A DNA stretch of 64,000 bases, taken from the NCBI GenBank assembly GCA_963639495.1, contig CAVHWE010000001.1, positions 4,704 through 68,703 of the forward strand, written 5' to 3'. Positions 10,421-20,809 of this stretch are shown here, piece by piece; positions within the stretch are counted from its first letter, which is position 1, and each line of letters opens with the position of its first letter. The stretch is from a bacterium (GTDB lineage Bacteria; Bacteroidota; Bacteroidia; Bacteroidales; Bacteroidaceae). Position numbers and translations under genes: made by a program. The notes below the pieces were generated by a model. It saw only the letters and a list, made by a program, of their open reading frames with translations, was not told the DNA's origin and did no database searches.

Positions 10421-10652
10421 GGTTGATGTCTTTTAATGATATGGTTGATGTCGTTTAATGATATGGTTGACGTCGTTTAATGATATGATTGATGTCGTTT
10501 AAGGATATGACATAAGTCTTCCGAACAGTTACTTGAAGTCTTTCAGATATATTGAATAAGTCTTCAGGATATATTAAATAGTAAGCCGCACAACAGCTGA
10601 TGTGCGCTTGCACAACAGGTGTTGTGCAAACGTCGCTCAGCTGTTGTGCGGC
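10421..10652. repeat. Three adjacent 22-bp-period arrays of unrelated sequence; the last forms an inverted repeat
   Basis: GGTTGATGTCGTTTAATGATAT-like unit x4 (10421, 10443, 10465, 10487); AAGTCTT-led units x3 (from 10514); GCCGCACAACAGCTGA...TCAGCTGTTGTGCGGC (10585-10652). Confidence 0.85.
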
Positions 10653-10704
10653 TGTCGTTCAGGTGATGTGCGCCTTTTTACATTCTATTCCTCTTTTGTG
10701 GAAT

Positions 10705-12489
10705 TTATACTTCTTCGCAAACCACCATTTCTGTGCCTTTATACACCACTATGATTTTATGCAGCTGTGTAGTCTTGATGGAAGACGTTACTACTTCACT
10801 TTCTGCATATCTATTCACCTGACTGATGGCTTCCTTTCTGAGTTGTTCTACATGCGCATCGGTATCTTTCGACTTGGCATACTTGAGTTCTACGATGTAG
10901 GAATGCAGCATATCGCTGAAATTATCAACCAATGGACAGAGGAAGATATCGGCATATCCTTCCTGTGTATCCTTTTCGGATATCGGGCGATAGAACTTGT
11001 TGTCGCAGGTCATGGCAAGCGTGAATCCATGTACGAAATATTCTCCCTTCTGATGGTCTCTTTGGGATGAATATTTATGCAGACTATCTGCAATATATTC
11101 AAAATATGGCTTCCATTCTCCACGATATGCCAAGGCACTTTCCAGGTTTCCCTTTTCGTATGAGTCGTATTTCAGATCGTTCTCCTTGTATGTGTCAAGG
11201 AGATATCTGAACAACTGCTCCCGCACTACTTCATTTGGTATTACGAACTTGGTCTTTCCCTGATGAGTTCCGGCGATGGTAACCATGCCGAAGTAGTAAA
11301 GCAGACTCACGAAATTATCCGGGTCGCCTATCTGCTCGGCAGGGAAGCCTGTCTTGAGTTCACCAGCCACAAAGCCGTTCTCTACCAGTTGCTGGATGAT
11401 AGAGGCATCGTGGGCAAACTCCTTGTCCTTACGGATGAGCATGCGGAGCTTGTTGTAATCCAATCGGATATTTTCCTCTATCATATTTTCCGGAAGTCTT
11501 CCTCGATTTCTGATATAATTATCAATGAAATAGAGCACCATGTTTGAGTTGTACATGGTGGTTTCGCCATAAGAAGCTTTCGCAAAGCAATAGTTGTCGT
11601 ACCATGGTTTCATCAGTTCTATCAATTCATCCACAGTGTAGTTGTGGAGATTGAGGGTATCAGTATAGTAAGTGAGCATTTCGCGTACTTCTTCCTCCGT
11701 GAAGCCCGTCATCTCGTTAAACTCGTATGCCAGGGAGTAGTTGGTACCGATGTTGAAACCGCTGGTCAAATCATCCATGGTAACAGGACTAACGCCGGTT
11801 ACGAAGACTCGCTCCAGGGTAGAATCAGTAGCCGACTTGATGGTATCGAAGAACTTACGGAGATAACCCGTGCCATGAGTTTCAGCCTGATAGCTGTTGA
11901 GGCAATCCGGTTCTGCCAGGATGGTATTCGTGAAATGATCGTACTCATCGATGAAGAGATACACCTTCTGTCCGGTCTTCTTACATTCCTTGCAGAGATA
12001 GTCCAGCTGCTCAGCTGCACCATCCTTCTTGTTCATTTCCTCCTTCAAATTGGCTGGTAGATATTGTGCATACACATCGCAGAAGTAGTTAAACTCTGTG
12101 TTGCAATGCGCATCAAGTCCCTTCTTGTAATTCTCAAGATTGGCATCTACCACTGCAAAGTTGAGCGAGATAATCAGATAGGTATTGTGCTCAGGTGTCG
12201 GATTTTCGCCAATATACAATCCTCCAAACAGTTCCTCAAACCTGTCAGCCATATTGATATCGTAATACTGTTTGAGCATGGAGAGGGTAAGGCTCTTGCC
12301 GAAACGACGAGGGCGTATATAGAAGAAATACATGTTTGAATTTTCAATTTCTTCAATAAATGGGGTCTTGTCAACGTAATAACAATTCCTCTCTCTCACG
12401 GTAACGAAGTTCATCATTCCGTAAGGGATGCGCTTGCGATAAATGTATTCGCGCTTGGCAAATTTCTTCTTTGTGATATTATTATCCAT
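10705..12489 (-). CDS. AAA-ATPase-like protein with C-terminal PD-(D/E)XK nuclease domain (Bacteroidetes family)
   Basis: YYVDKT, RPRRFGKSL Walker A, FIDEYD, WYDNY; C-terminal GYADI...IVELKY. Confidence 0.9.
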   Translation of the reverse strand: MDNNITKKKFAKREYIYRKRIPYGMMNFVTVRERNCYYVDKTPFIEEIENSNMYFFYIRPRRFGKSLTLSMLKQYYDINMADRFEELFGGLYIGENPTPEHNTYLIISLNFAVVDANLENYKKGLDAHCNTEFNYFCDVYAQYLPANLKEEMNKKDGAAEQLDYLCKECKKTGQKVYLFIDEYDHFTNTILAEPDCLNSYQAETHGTGYLRKFFDTIKSATDSTLERVFVTGVSPVTMDDLTSGFNIGTNYSLAYEFNEMTGFTEEEVREMLTYYTDTLNLHNYTVDELIELMKPWYDNYCFAKASYGETTMYNSNMVLYFIDNYIRNRGRLPENMIEENIRLDYNKLRMLIRKDKEFAHDASIIQQLVENGFVAGELKTGFPAEQIGDPDNFVSLLYYFGMVTIAGTHQGKTKFVIPNEVVREQLFRYLLDTYKENDLKYDSYEKGNLESALAYRGEWKPYFEYIADSLHKYSSQRDHQKGEYFVHGFTLAMTCDNKFYRPISEKDTQEGYADIFLCPLVDNFSDMLHSYIVELKYAKSKDTDAHVEQLRKEAISQVNRYAESEVVTSSIKTTQLHKIIVVYKGTEMVVCEEV

Positions 12490-12593
12490 GAGCGATACTC
12501 CTTATGATTTATATTTTGTGGCAAAGTTAGCATAAATATTTGGAATAAGCAAGGAATATCGCTGATTTTTTGTTTGTTATTTAGTTTGAAAAC

Positions 12594-12636
12594 AAGAAAG
12601 CCCCTAGACTTCTGTGAAAAGTCTAGGGGCTTTCTT
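12594..12636. terminator. Intrinsic terminator after feoB
   Basis: AAGAAAGCCCCTAGACTT...AAGTCTAGGGGCTTTCTT perfect inverted repeat. Confidence 0.85.
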
Positions 12637-12657
12637 ATGCATAGGAAACTATATTTC

Positions 12658-15189
12658 TTATATAAACAAACTTCCTATCTGGAAGACCAGGGCTGATACT
12701 ACCCATGCCAATAGCGTGGTGTAGCCGGCGGCGAAGCCTGCCCATTTCCAACTGCCCGTCTCGCCCTTGATGGCAGCGATGGTGGCGATGCAAGGGAAGT
12801 AGAGCAATACAAAGAGGAGGAAACAGTAGGCGGTGAGCGTTGCCTTCGCTGCTGCCTCGGCATCGCTGTAACCGTAGGTCTTCTTCAGGTCTGAAGTCAT
12901 CTGCTTCTTCAAGACTTCGTATTTTCCGTCTTCATCGTTGTAATCCTGATCATCAGAGAAACTGTCGTTGTTGCTGTAGAGCACGCCCATCGTTGAGGCT
13001 ACAATCTCCTTGGCACCTACACCGGAAACCAGACCCACATCCAGTTTCCAGTCGAAACCCTGTGGGGTGAAGATAGGCTCGATGGTCTTACCGATTCTGC
13101 CGATATAGCTCTGTTCCTGCTGAGCCTGGTTATCAAGTTCTTCATTATGAGGGAAGTAGCCCAGTGCCCAGACGATGATACTTGCCACGAGGATGATGCC
13201 ACCCATCTTCTTCAAGTACTGCTTACCCTTCTCCCAGGTATGGCGGCCTATCGCCTTCCAGGTAGGGAAGCGGTAAGGAGGCAGCTCCATCACGAATGGG
13301 GTATCTTCACCCTTTACCACGAAACTGGCAAAGATGCGGCTCAATATCACGGCAAGGAAGATGCCGATGAGATAGAGCGATACCATGATGAGTGAACGGT
13401 ATTGGATGGCAAAGAACGTTCCGATGACCATGATGTAGATTGGCAGACGAGCCGAACAGCTCATCAATGGCAATATCAGCATCGTAATCAGACGGGAACG
13501 GTGACTCTCGATGGTTCTCGTTGCCATCACCGCAGGTACGTTACATCCGAATCCCATAATCAGCGGGATGAATGACTTGCCATGCAAGCCCATCTTGTGC
13601 ATCAGCTTATCCATGATGAAGGCGGCACGAGCCATGTATCCCGAATCCTCCATATAAGAGATGAAGAAATACAGAATCAGAATCTGTGGCAGGAATACGA
13701 TAACTGCACCTACACCACCAATCACACCATCTACCAGCATATCCTTTATAGGTCCGTCCGGCATTGTGGTGCTGATGAATTCGCCCAGCCATGCCACGCC
13801 GTCCTCAATCCATCCCTTAGGAATCTCGCCCAGTACGAAGGTGGCTGAGAACATGATGAACAACAGGAGAATGAAGATAGGGAATCCTACATATTTATTG
13901 GTCAGGATGCTGTCGATGAGGTGGGTTACTTGATAGGTATCCTTTGCCTTGCCCGGTTCATAGCCTGCTTCCTGCAATGCTCCATGGATAAAACCATACT
14001 TGGCATCCATGATGGCGGTTTCGCTATCTTCCAGAGTCTCTTCCTTCACACGCTTGGCTGCCTCGTCACGGGCTGCGAAGATTTCCTTAGCAGAGTTCAG
14101 ATGGCTTACGTATTCCTCGGCGTGCTTGTCGTTCTCCAGCAATTTGATGGAGAGATATCGGGTAGAGTAGCGCTGGCGGATGGAATCATCTGCCTTCAGA
14201 TACTTCTGGATATGCTCGATACCATGCTCTATCTCATGTCCGTGGTTGATATGGATATGGCGATAGTGAGCGCTGGAATCTTCCTTGCCTTCGTAAAGTT
14301 CGATGATGGTCTCGAAGAGTTTATCTACGCCTCGGCCATTGGTAAAGACGGTAGGAATCATCGAGATACCGAAGAGTTCTCCCAGTTTGTCGTAGTCGAT
14401 GTTGTCGCCACGCTTCTCGGTTTCATCAAACATGTTGAGAGCGCAGACCATACGGATGTGCATGTCTATCAGCTGGGTAGTGAGATAGAGGTTGCGCTCC
14501 AGGTTGCTGGTGTCGATGACGTTGATGACGATATCTGGCGTGTGCTCGATAAGCTGCTTGCGTACATAAAGCTCTTCCGGAGAATAGGCTGAAAGCGAAT
14601 AGGTGCCTGGCAAATCTACCAGGTTGAAATGATAGCCGTTGAAATCAGCTTCACCTACTTTTGCATCCACGGTTACACCACTATAGTTGCCCACACGTTC
14701 ATGAGCTCCCGATGCAAAGTTGAAGAGGGAAGTCTTTCCACAGTTTGGGTTACCGATCAATGCCACATTGATGACGCGGTGGAGTCGTTCAGCTTCCTGC
14801 TCAGCCAAAGCCTCATTGCTGGCATTGTCTTTTCTTTCAGCTACGAGCATTTTGTCGCCGAGTGCCTGCTCATCGCTATCGTTGGAATCTACTACTTTTG
14901 AGTCAATTACCTGCTGGCGGTCTTCTTCTTCCGCCTTGCTGAGCTTTGCATCGTTCTTGGCTTCATCAATGGAAACCACCTCTATATGGTCGGCTTCGCT
15001 GTGTCGGAGTGAAACCTCATAGCCCATGATTTTGTATTTTACAGGATCCTGGAGTGGGGCGTTGAGAAGTACATCAACCTTCTTGCCCTTGATGAATCCC
15101 ATCTCGATGACTCTCTTGCGGAAGCCACCGTGACCGGATACCTTGACGATAACGCCACTTTCACCTGTTTTAAGTTCTGATAATTTCAT
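12658..15189 (-). CDS. feoB: Ferrous iron transporter FeoB with N-terminal FeoA domain
   Basis: FeoA SH3-like N-terminus; GNPNCGKT, DLPGTYSL; gate motifs GFGCNVP, MSCSARLP, YFPC. Confidence 0.95.
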   Translation of the reverse strand: MKLSELKTGESGVIVKVSGHGGFRKRVIEMGFIKGKKVDVLLNAPLQDPVKYKIMGYEVSLRHSEADHIEVVSIDEAKNDAKLSKAEEEDRQQVIDSKVVDSNDSDEQALGDKMLVAERKDNASNEALAEQEAERLHRVINVALIGNPNCGKTSLFNFASGAHERVGNYSGVTVDAKVGEADFNGYHFNLVDLPGTYSLSAYSPEELYVRKQLIEHTPDIVINVIDTSNLERNLYLTTQLIDMHIRMVCALNMFDETEKRGDNIDYDKLGELFGISMIPTVFTNGRGVDKLFETIIELYEGKEDSSAHYRHIHINHGHEIEHGIEHIQKYLKADDSIRQRYSTRYLSIKLLENDKHAEEYVSHLNSAKEIFAARDEAAKRVKEETLEDSETAIMDAKYGFIHGALQEAGYEPGKAKDTYQVTHLIDSILTNKYVGFPIFILLLFIMFSATFVLGEIPKGWIEDGVAWLGEFISTTMPDGPIKDMLVDGVIGGVGAVIVFLPQILILYFFISYMEDSGYMARAAFIMDKLMHKMGLHGKSFIPLIMGFGCNVPAVMATRTIESHRSRLITMLILPLMSCSARLPIYIMVIGTFFAIQYRSLIMVSLYLIGIFLAVILSRIFASFVVKGEDTPFVMELPPYRFPTWKAIGRHTWEKGKQYLKKMGGIILVASIIVWALGYFPHNEELDNQAQQEQSYIGRIGKTIEPIFTPQGFDWKLDVGLVSGVGAKEIVASTMGVLYSNNDSFSDDQDYNDEDGKYEVLKKQMTSDLKKTYGYSDAEAAAKATLTAYCFLLFVLLYFPCIATIAAIKGETGSWKWAGFAAGYTTLLAWVVSALVFQIGSLFI

Positions 15190-15263
15190 ATATCTTTCCT
15201 TGTTTTAATCTTGTTCTTTTCCTTGAGCACGGCCTTATGGTCTGCTTTTTTTCTTTTTGGCTG

Positions 15264-15271
15264 CAAAGTTA
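15264..15271 (-). promoter_or_regulatory. Bacteroidetes -7 promoter element (TAACTTTG) for feoB
   Basis: Matches the TAnnTTTG consensus ~75 bp upstream of the start codon. Confidence 0.7.
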
Positions 15272-15320
15272 CTAATAAAACTTTGCAACTCAGTAGCAAT
15301 GATGTGGTTTTATAAAAAAA

Positions 15321-15429
15321 TACCTAGAAATGATGAGAGTATCATCAAATCTAGGTATTCTTATCATTATTTCTGATGACGTATGTTCTTATACCTTATT
15401 ATATATAAGAGCATCATCATTTCTTGTGA
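15321..15429. promoter_or_regulatory. Four 16-bp LuxR/NarL-like boxes upstream of feoB; the first two also form the secA terminator hairpin
   Basis: TACCTAGAAATGATGA 15321-15336, TCATCAAATCTAGGTA 15342-15357, TCATTATTTCTGATGA 15364-15379, TCATCATTTCTTGTGA 15414-15429. Confidence 0.55.
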
Positions 15430-18400
15430 TTACAGGTTTCTGCCGTGGCAGTTCTTAAACTTCTTGCCGCTTCCGCATGGACATGGGTCGTTAGGACGTG
15501 GCATGCGCTCAGCACGGTATGGAGTGCGGTTTACTTCTGCGCCCTCTCGGGTGTCCTGGTTAGCAGCTGCCTCCTGTGCCTCACGCTCTGCATCCAGATC
15601 AACCTTGCTCTCTACATAGTTCTGCTGAGTGCGCTGCTCAGGAGCTGCCTCCTGAACTGGCTGCTCTTGCTCCATTACTGGAATCTGACCACGCATCAGA
15701 ATACTTGCAATACGGTCGTACATGTCATTGATCATGGCATCCCAAACCTTGGCACTCTCCAACTTAAAGATGAGGAGAGGATCCTTCTGCTCGTAGCTTG
15801 CATTCTGTACAGAGTGCTTCAGTTCGTCGAGCTTGCGGAGGTTCTCCTTCCAGTCGTCATCGATAATCTGGAGAACAACGCTCTTTTCAAACTCCTTCAC
15901 TACGTTCTTAGCCTCGCTCTCGTATGCCTCCTTGAGGTTGCAAGGAATATTGTACATGCGCTTGCCGTCTGTGATAGGCACCATGATGCGCTCGTATATA
16001 GCACCCTGGTTTTCGTATACCTGCTTGATGATAGGCATAGCTGTAGCCTGGATGCGGTCTGTCTTACGCTTGAATGTAGCCATAGCCTCCTGGAAAGCAC
16101 GCTCTGCCAAATCCTCACGTCTGCCGTTCTCATACTCATCCTCGTTGAATGGAATCTCCATAGCAAGAACTTTCAGGAACTCTTCCTTGGCACCGAAGAA
16201 GTCGTTGTTGTTAACGATGTTCAATACGCGGTCCCAGATGATGTTGGCAATATCCATACCGATACGCTCACCCATGAGGGCGTGGCGACGCTTCTCGTAG
16301 ATAACGGTACGCTGACGGTTCATCACGTCATCATACTCCAAGAGGTGCTTACGGATACCGAAGTTGTTTTCCTCTACCTTGCGCTGGGCACGCTCGATGC
16401 TCTTGCTGATCATTGGGCTTTCGATACGCTCACCATCCTCGAAACCGAGACGGTCCATTACCTTGGCGATACGCTCTGAAGCGAACAGACGCATCAGCTT
16501 ATCCTCCAATGATACGTAGAATACTGAAGAACCTGGGTCACCTTGACGACCGGCACGACCACGGAGCTGACGGTCTACACGACGGCTCTCATGACGCTCT
16601 GTACCGATGATGGCGAGACCACCTGCAGCCTTTACCTCAGGAGTCAGCTTGATATCGGTACCACGACCTGCCATGTTGGTAGCGATGGTTACGGCACCCT
16701 TACCGTTTACTGAGCGACCTGCCTCGGCTACAATCTGAGCCTCCTGCTGGTGCAGCTTAGCGTTCAATACATTATGAGGAATGTTGCGCATCTTCAACAT
16801 CTTGCTCAACAACTCTGAAATCTCGACAGATGTTGTACCTACCAAGACTGGGCGGCCAGCATTACGTGTTTCCTCGATTTCGTCGATAACTGCACGATAT
16901 TTCTCGCGGGCAGTCTTGTATACACGGTCATCCAAGTCCTTACGCTGGATAGGGCGGTTGGTTGGAATCTCAACAACATCGAGTTTGTAGATATCCCAGA
17001 ACTCACCTGACTCTGTACTTGCTGTACCGGTCATACCTGCGAGTTTGTGGTACATACGGAAGTAGTTCTGAAGTGTGATGGTAGCAAAGGTCTGTGTAGC
17101 AGCCTCTACCTTTACGTGCTCCTTAGCTTCAATAGCCTGGTGCAAACCATCGCTCCAGCGACGGCCTTCCATGATACGTCCTGTCTGCTCATCCACAATC
17201 TTCACCTGTCCGTCCATGACAACATATTCGTCGTCCTTATTGAACATGGTGTAACCCTTCAGGAGCTGCTGCAAGGTGTGAACACGTTCGCTCTGTACAC
17301 CATAGTGAGCCAGCATCTCGTCTTTCTTGTCAAGACGCTCCTGGTCGGTAAGGTCTGTGCGTGCCTCGAGTTCACTCATTTCTGTTGTGATATCAGGCAA
17401 TACGAAGAGTTCCTTGTCGTTTACCTGCTTAGCCAACCAGTCGGTTCCCTTATCGGTAAGGTCGGCAGAATTCATTTTCTCGTCTACTACGAAGTACAAT
17501 GGCTCAGTAGCCTTAGGCATCTCACGGTTGTTGTTTGCCATGTAGTATTCCTCGGTCTTCAGCAGACCAGCCTTGATACCTTCCTCAGAAAGATACTTGA
17601 TCAATGGCTTGTTCTTAGGCAATGCCTTGTAAGAACGGAAGAGTGCGAGGAAGCCTTCATCAAGGAGTTCCTGATTCTTAGCTTTTGTACCTTCGTTAAT
17701 CTTCTGCTTAGCCTCGGCGAGCAATTCTGTAGCCTGCTTGCGCTGTACCTCATAAAGTTTCTCAACCAATGGCTGATACTGCTCAAACATCTGGTCGTCG
17801 CCCTTTGGAATAGGACCAGAGATGATCAATGGGGTACGGGCATCATCAATCAATACTGAGTCGACCTCATCGACGATGGCGTAGTTGTGCTGGCGCTGTA
17901 CCAGATCGGCTGGGTTGGTAGCCATGTTATCACGAAGATAATCGAAACCGAACTCGTTGTTGGTACCGAAGGTGATATCTGCCAGGTATGCCTTGCGACG
18001 CTCGTCGGAATTAGGACGGTGCTTGTCGATACAATCTACAGAGAGACCATGGAACATATAGAGAGGTCCCATCCACTCAGAGTCACGCTTAGCCAAATAG
18101 TCGTTCACGGTAACGACGTGAACACCATTACCAGTCAAGGCATTCAGGAAGATAGGTGTTGTACCTACAAGGGTTTTACCCTCACCGGTAGCCATCTCGG
18201 CAATCTTACCCTGATGGAGAACAACACCACCGAAGAGCTGTACATCGTAGTGAATCATTTCCCACTTCATATCATTACCGCCGGCTGTCCAGTGGTTGTG
18301 ATAGATAGCCTTGTCGCCATCGATGGTAACGAAGTCGTTAGCTGGATTAGAAGCCAGCTCGCGGTCGAAGTCGGTAGCAGTAACTATTGTTTCCTCGTTC

Positions 18401-18768
18401 TCTGCGAAACGGCGAGCAGTATCCTTAACGATAGCGAAAACCTGAGGCAAAACCTCGTTGAGGGCTTCCTCATACTTGTCGAGTGCTTCCTGCTCTAACT
18501 TGTCGATCTGGTTGAAGATACCTTCACGCTCATCGATAGGAGTGTCTTCAATTTTAGCCTTGAGTTCAGCAATCTTAGCCTTCTCTTCCTTGGCGTACTC
18601 CTGTACGTACTTCTGAAGTTCTTTTGTTTTTGCACGAAGTTCGTCATTGCTTAAGGCCTGCATCTTAGGATACTCTGCCTTGATCTTTTCTACGATTGGC
18701 TGGATCAACTTCATATCGCGAGTTGACTTGTTGCCAAACAATGACTGGAGAATTTTGTTAAAGTTCAT
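15430..18768 (-). CDS. secA: Preprotein translocase ATPase SecA
   Basis: [29 protein letters not shown]-terminal SEC-C zinc motif [13 protein letters not shown]. Confidence 0.98.
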   Translation of the reverse strand: MNFNKILQSLFGNKSTRDMKLIQPIVEKIKAEYPKMQALSNDELRAKTKELQKYVQEYAKEEKAKIAELKAKIEDTPIDEREGIFNQIDKLEQEALDKYEEALNEVLPQVFAIVKDTARRFAENEETIVTATDFDRELASNPANDFVTIDGDKAIYHNHWTAGGNDMKWEMIHYDVQLFGGVVLHQGKIAEMATGEGKTLVGTTPIFLNALTGNGVHVVTVNDYLAKRDSEWMGPLYMFHGLSVDCIDKHRPNSDERRKAYLADITFGTNNEFGFDYLRDNMATNPADLVQRQHNYAIVDEVDSVLIDDARTPLIISGPIPKGDDQMFEQYQPLVEKLYEVQRKQATELLAEAKQKINEGTKAKNQELLDEGFLALFRSYKALPKNKPLIKYLSEEGIKAGLLKTEEYYMANNNREMPKATEPLYFVVDEKMNSADLTDKGTDWLAKQVNDKELFVLPDITTEMSELEARTDLTDQERLDKKDEMLAHYGVQSERVHTLQQLLKGYTMFNKDDEYVVMDGQVKIVDEQTGRIMEGRRWSDGLHQAIEAKEHVKVEAATQTFATITLQNYFRMYHKLAGMTGTASTESGEFWDIYKLDVVEIPTNRPIQRKDLDDRVYKTAREKYRAVIDEIEETRNAGRPVLVGTTSVEISELLSKMLKMRNIPHNVLNAKLHQQEAQIVAEAGRSVNGKGAVTIATNMAGRGTDIKLTPEVKAAGGLAIIGTERHESRRVDRQLRGRAGRQGDPGSSVFYVSLEDKLMRLFASERIAKVMDRLGFEDGERIESPMISKSIERAQRKVEENNFGIRKHLLEYDDVMNRQRTVIYEKRRHALMGERIGMDIANIIWDRVLNIVNNNDFFGAKEEFLKVLAMEIPFNEDEYENGRREDLAERAFQEAMATFKRKTDRIQATAMPIIKQVYENQGAIYERIMVPITDGKRMYNIPCNLKEAYESEAKNVVKEFEKSVVLQIIDDDWKENLRKLDELKHSVQNASYEQKDPLLIFKLESAKVWDAMINDMYDRIASILMRGQIPVMEQEQPVQEAAPEQRTQQNYVESKVDLDAEREAQEAAANQDTREGAEVNRTPYRAERMPRPNDPCPCGSGKKFKNCHGRNL

Positions 18769-18939
18769 TGTATATTTATTTTTTTTATTATTATTCGATG
18801 ATATTTGGGAGTAAAATCTCCTGTTGTTTATTACTAGCTTGCAAATTTACTAAAAATATCTGTAAATCTGCAAGGAATTGCCAATTATTACCTGTTTTTA
18901 TGGCAAATCTTCTGAGTTTTGCTTACAGAAAGCATAAAA

Positions 18940-19299
18940 TCAGCAGTTTGGACCTCGAATAACAATACTCCCATACGGAACTTTGTATCTATGCTCCGTA
19001 GGGGAATCATAATAAATATGTGAATGAATGTCTGTCAGAATGTCAGAAGAATTGGCGGCAAGTGTTGCCGACAGGATAGGATGATGCGTTGCGATGTTCT
19101 CATCTTCTGATGCCGCTTTGATGGCTTTGAGCACGCAGAGAATGTCCTCCTCCAATGCCTTCGCCTCCGGTTGCTGGATGAATTCATCGTAGGATATATC
19201 CGTAAGCGCAAACTTCAGCGCCTGCTGATAAGTCTGCGCCTCCATGCCGGTTGCCGCCAGAACAACCAAAAGGGCTGTGATATATCTGTTTACCATCAT
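18940..19299 (-). CDS. Short exported hypothetical protein, possibly an eroded alkaline-phosphatase-family gene
   Basis: Signal peptide NRYITALLVVLAATGMEAQ; occupies the slot between the DUF4105 gene and secA. Confidence 0.45.
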   Translation of the reverse strand: MMVNRYITALLVVLAATGMEAQTYQQALKFALTDISYDEFIQQPEAKALEEDILCVLKAIKAASEDENIATHHPILSATLAANSSDILTDIHSHIYYDSPTEHRYKVPYGSIVIRGPNC

Positions 19300-19366
19300 T
19301 GTTGTTTATCTTCTTCTGTTCGGAAACGATGTTGTGCCAATCGTTTCCTTACGTATATTTTAATGT

Positions 19367-20737
19367 CTATTTATTCTTTCTGAATTTCTTTACGATATGC
19401 TTCTGCAAACCATAATTGTTTGGACTTAAATCCATCATGGTCGACTTGACGCAGTATCTCGCTAGCAAAGAAAGTGCCAAAATACTCATACCCTCAGCAT
19501 AGTTCTGCCATATCTGCATGAACAGGGCAATGAGCAGAAGCCATCCCAGGAGTTCGAAATACCAATACTGACGACCTGCTTTCATCCTCTTGACAGTCTT
19601 CCAGGCAAAGATGAGGTTGAGCGGATTCAGTATCAGGATCTGGAAATTTATCTGTACAGTAGGATGCTGCGAGAAGATCATGGTAAAGAGAATCAGTCCC
19701 GGTAATCCTGTCAGGACAAGCAGAATGGCATCAAACCACCAGTAGTTTTTCTTTTTTACACATTCTCTTACCGTTGTTCCTATGATGATGATTGCCAGAA
19801 CTATGGCTATCATTTGTGGTGTAACAGGAGCATCGTCTGTTATTTGTGCCTGGGCAGGGATAATATCGGATGTTTCATCTACCAGAGTGATATAGCCGCT
19901 GGCACTTGTTGCATTGGTTTTGCCGTCTGCAATCTGAGATGCATCAATAAAGTCGGTTCTTCCTTCTGTGGCGAAGTCTTTGCTCAGATTGTCTGGCAAG
20001 AATTCCCATTCTCTTTGTGTGATAGGGCGGTCTGCCTGACAACCCAAAAGAAGGTCATTGCCGAATCTTGCCCAGCGGTGCTGTCCGTTGAGTTTGTGAA
20101 TCTCTTCCCTGTAGGTAGAAGTGGTAGGGATATCTTTAAAGTTGGTACTCTGGTTCCCAATGTTGGAGAGAATCATCTCGCGTGCCCGGGTCGTACAGTT
20201 GTCATAGAAGAAATTGTAGCGGTATACGCGGTTCTCCGGCTGTGCATTCTTGTCGATGCTTCTCAGAATTCCCAGTTTCTCTGTACGGGAGAGGCGGAGG
20301 CGCTGCTGTCTTACCCATCTGCCTTCATGTGCATATTCGGCAATGAAGTCGCTCATAGGGTAGATGCCAATCTGATAATCGGTGAGTCCGAAAACAAAAC
20401 GGAGTACGAAGCAACTTTGGTTAAAACTGAACATACCCCAGTTGACGGCAACATCCGTTCCCATAGCTTTGTTCTGGATGCGTAGAGCGGTATGTCCATA
20501 ATACGACCACACCTCCTGACCTGGTCCGCAAGTCAGGAGAGAAATGTCAACAGAATCGAGCCACGCAGTAGCTTCTTCATTGACACGACTGTTCTGCACA
20601 GAAATATCAGAGTCCTTGTCTCTTGAAAAATCCTGTGCAGCCACTTCAGTAGTTAAATTGATTAAAATTACTGCTAAAATGGCACTAAAAATATGCTTAA
20701 AACGTTTCACGATGCAAAAATACCTTATTATTTTCAA
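19367..20737 (-). CDS. DUF4105 membrane protein, lipoprotein N-acyltransferase Lnb-like (true start probably GTG at 20710)
   Basis: SLLTCGPG..YGHTAL, YNFFYDNC catalytic-type motifs and about five C-terminal TM helices; TATTTTTG -7 element at 20715-20722. Confidence 0.75.
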   Translation of the reverse strand: MKIIRYFCIVKRFKHIFSAILAVILINLTTEVAAQDFSRDKDSDISVQNSRVNEEATAWLDSVDISLLTCGPGQEVWSYYGHTALRIQNKAMGTDVAVNWGMFSFNQSCFVLRFVFGLTDYQIGIYPMSDFIAEYAHEGRWVRQQRLRLSRTEKLGILRSIDKNAQPENRVYRYNFFYDNCTTRAREMILSNIGNQSTNFKDIPTTSTYREEIHKLNGQHRWARFGNDLLLGCQADRPITQREWEFLPDNLSKDFATEGRTDFIDASQIADGKTNATSASGYITLVDETSDIIPAQAQITDDAPVTPQMIAIVLAIIIIGTTVRECVKKKNYWWFDAILLVLTGLPGLILFTMIFSQHPTVQINFQILILNPLNLIFAWKTVKRMKAGRQYWYFELLGWLLLIALFMQIWQNYAEGMSILALSLLARYCVKSTMMDLSPNNYGLQKHIVKKFRKNK

Positions 20738-20809
20738 TTATCCTTCTTTTTTCTAGATTTTTTTTAATACTTTTGCACTCTGAATATAATTTTGAATGAT
20801 TATTAAAGA

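Noticed and set aside
8063..10652. 22-bp repeats as a CRISPR array
   Set aside because: Units are contiguous and degenerate with no unique spacers, and there are no cas genes.
15445..18498. Long antisense ORFs over secA (and similar ones over feoB, rny, susD, res)
   Set aside because: Shadow frames of strongly codon-biased genes, with no motifs.
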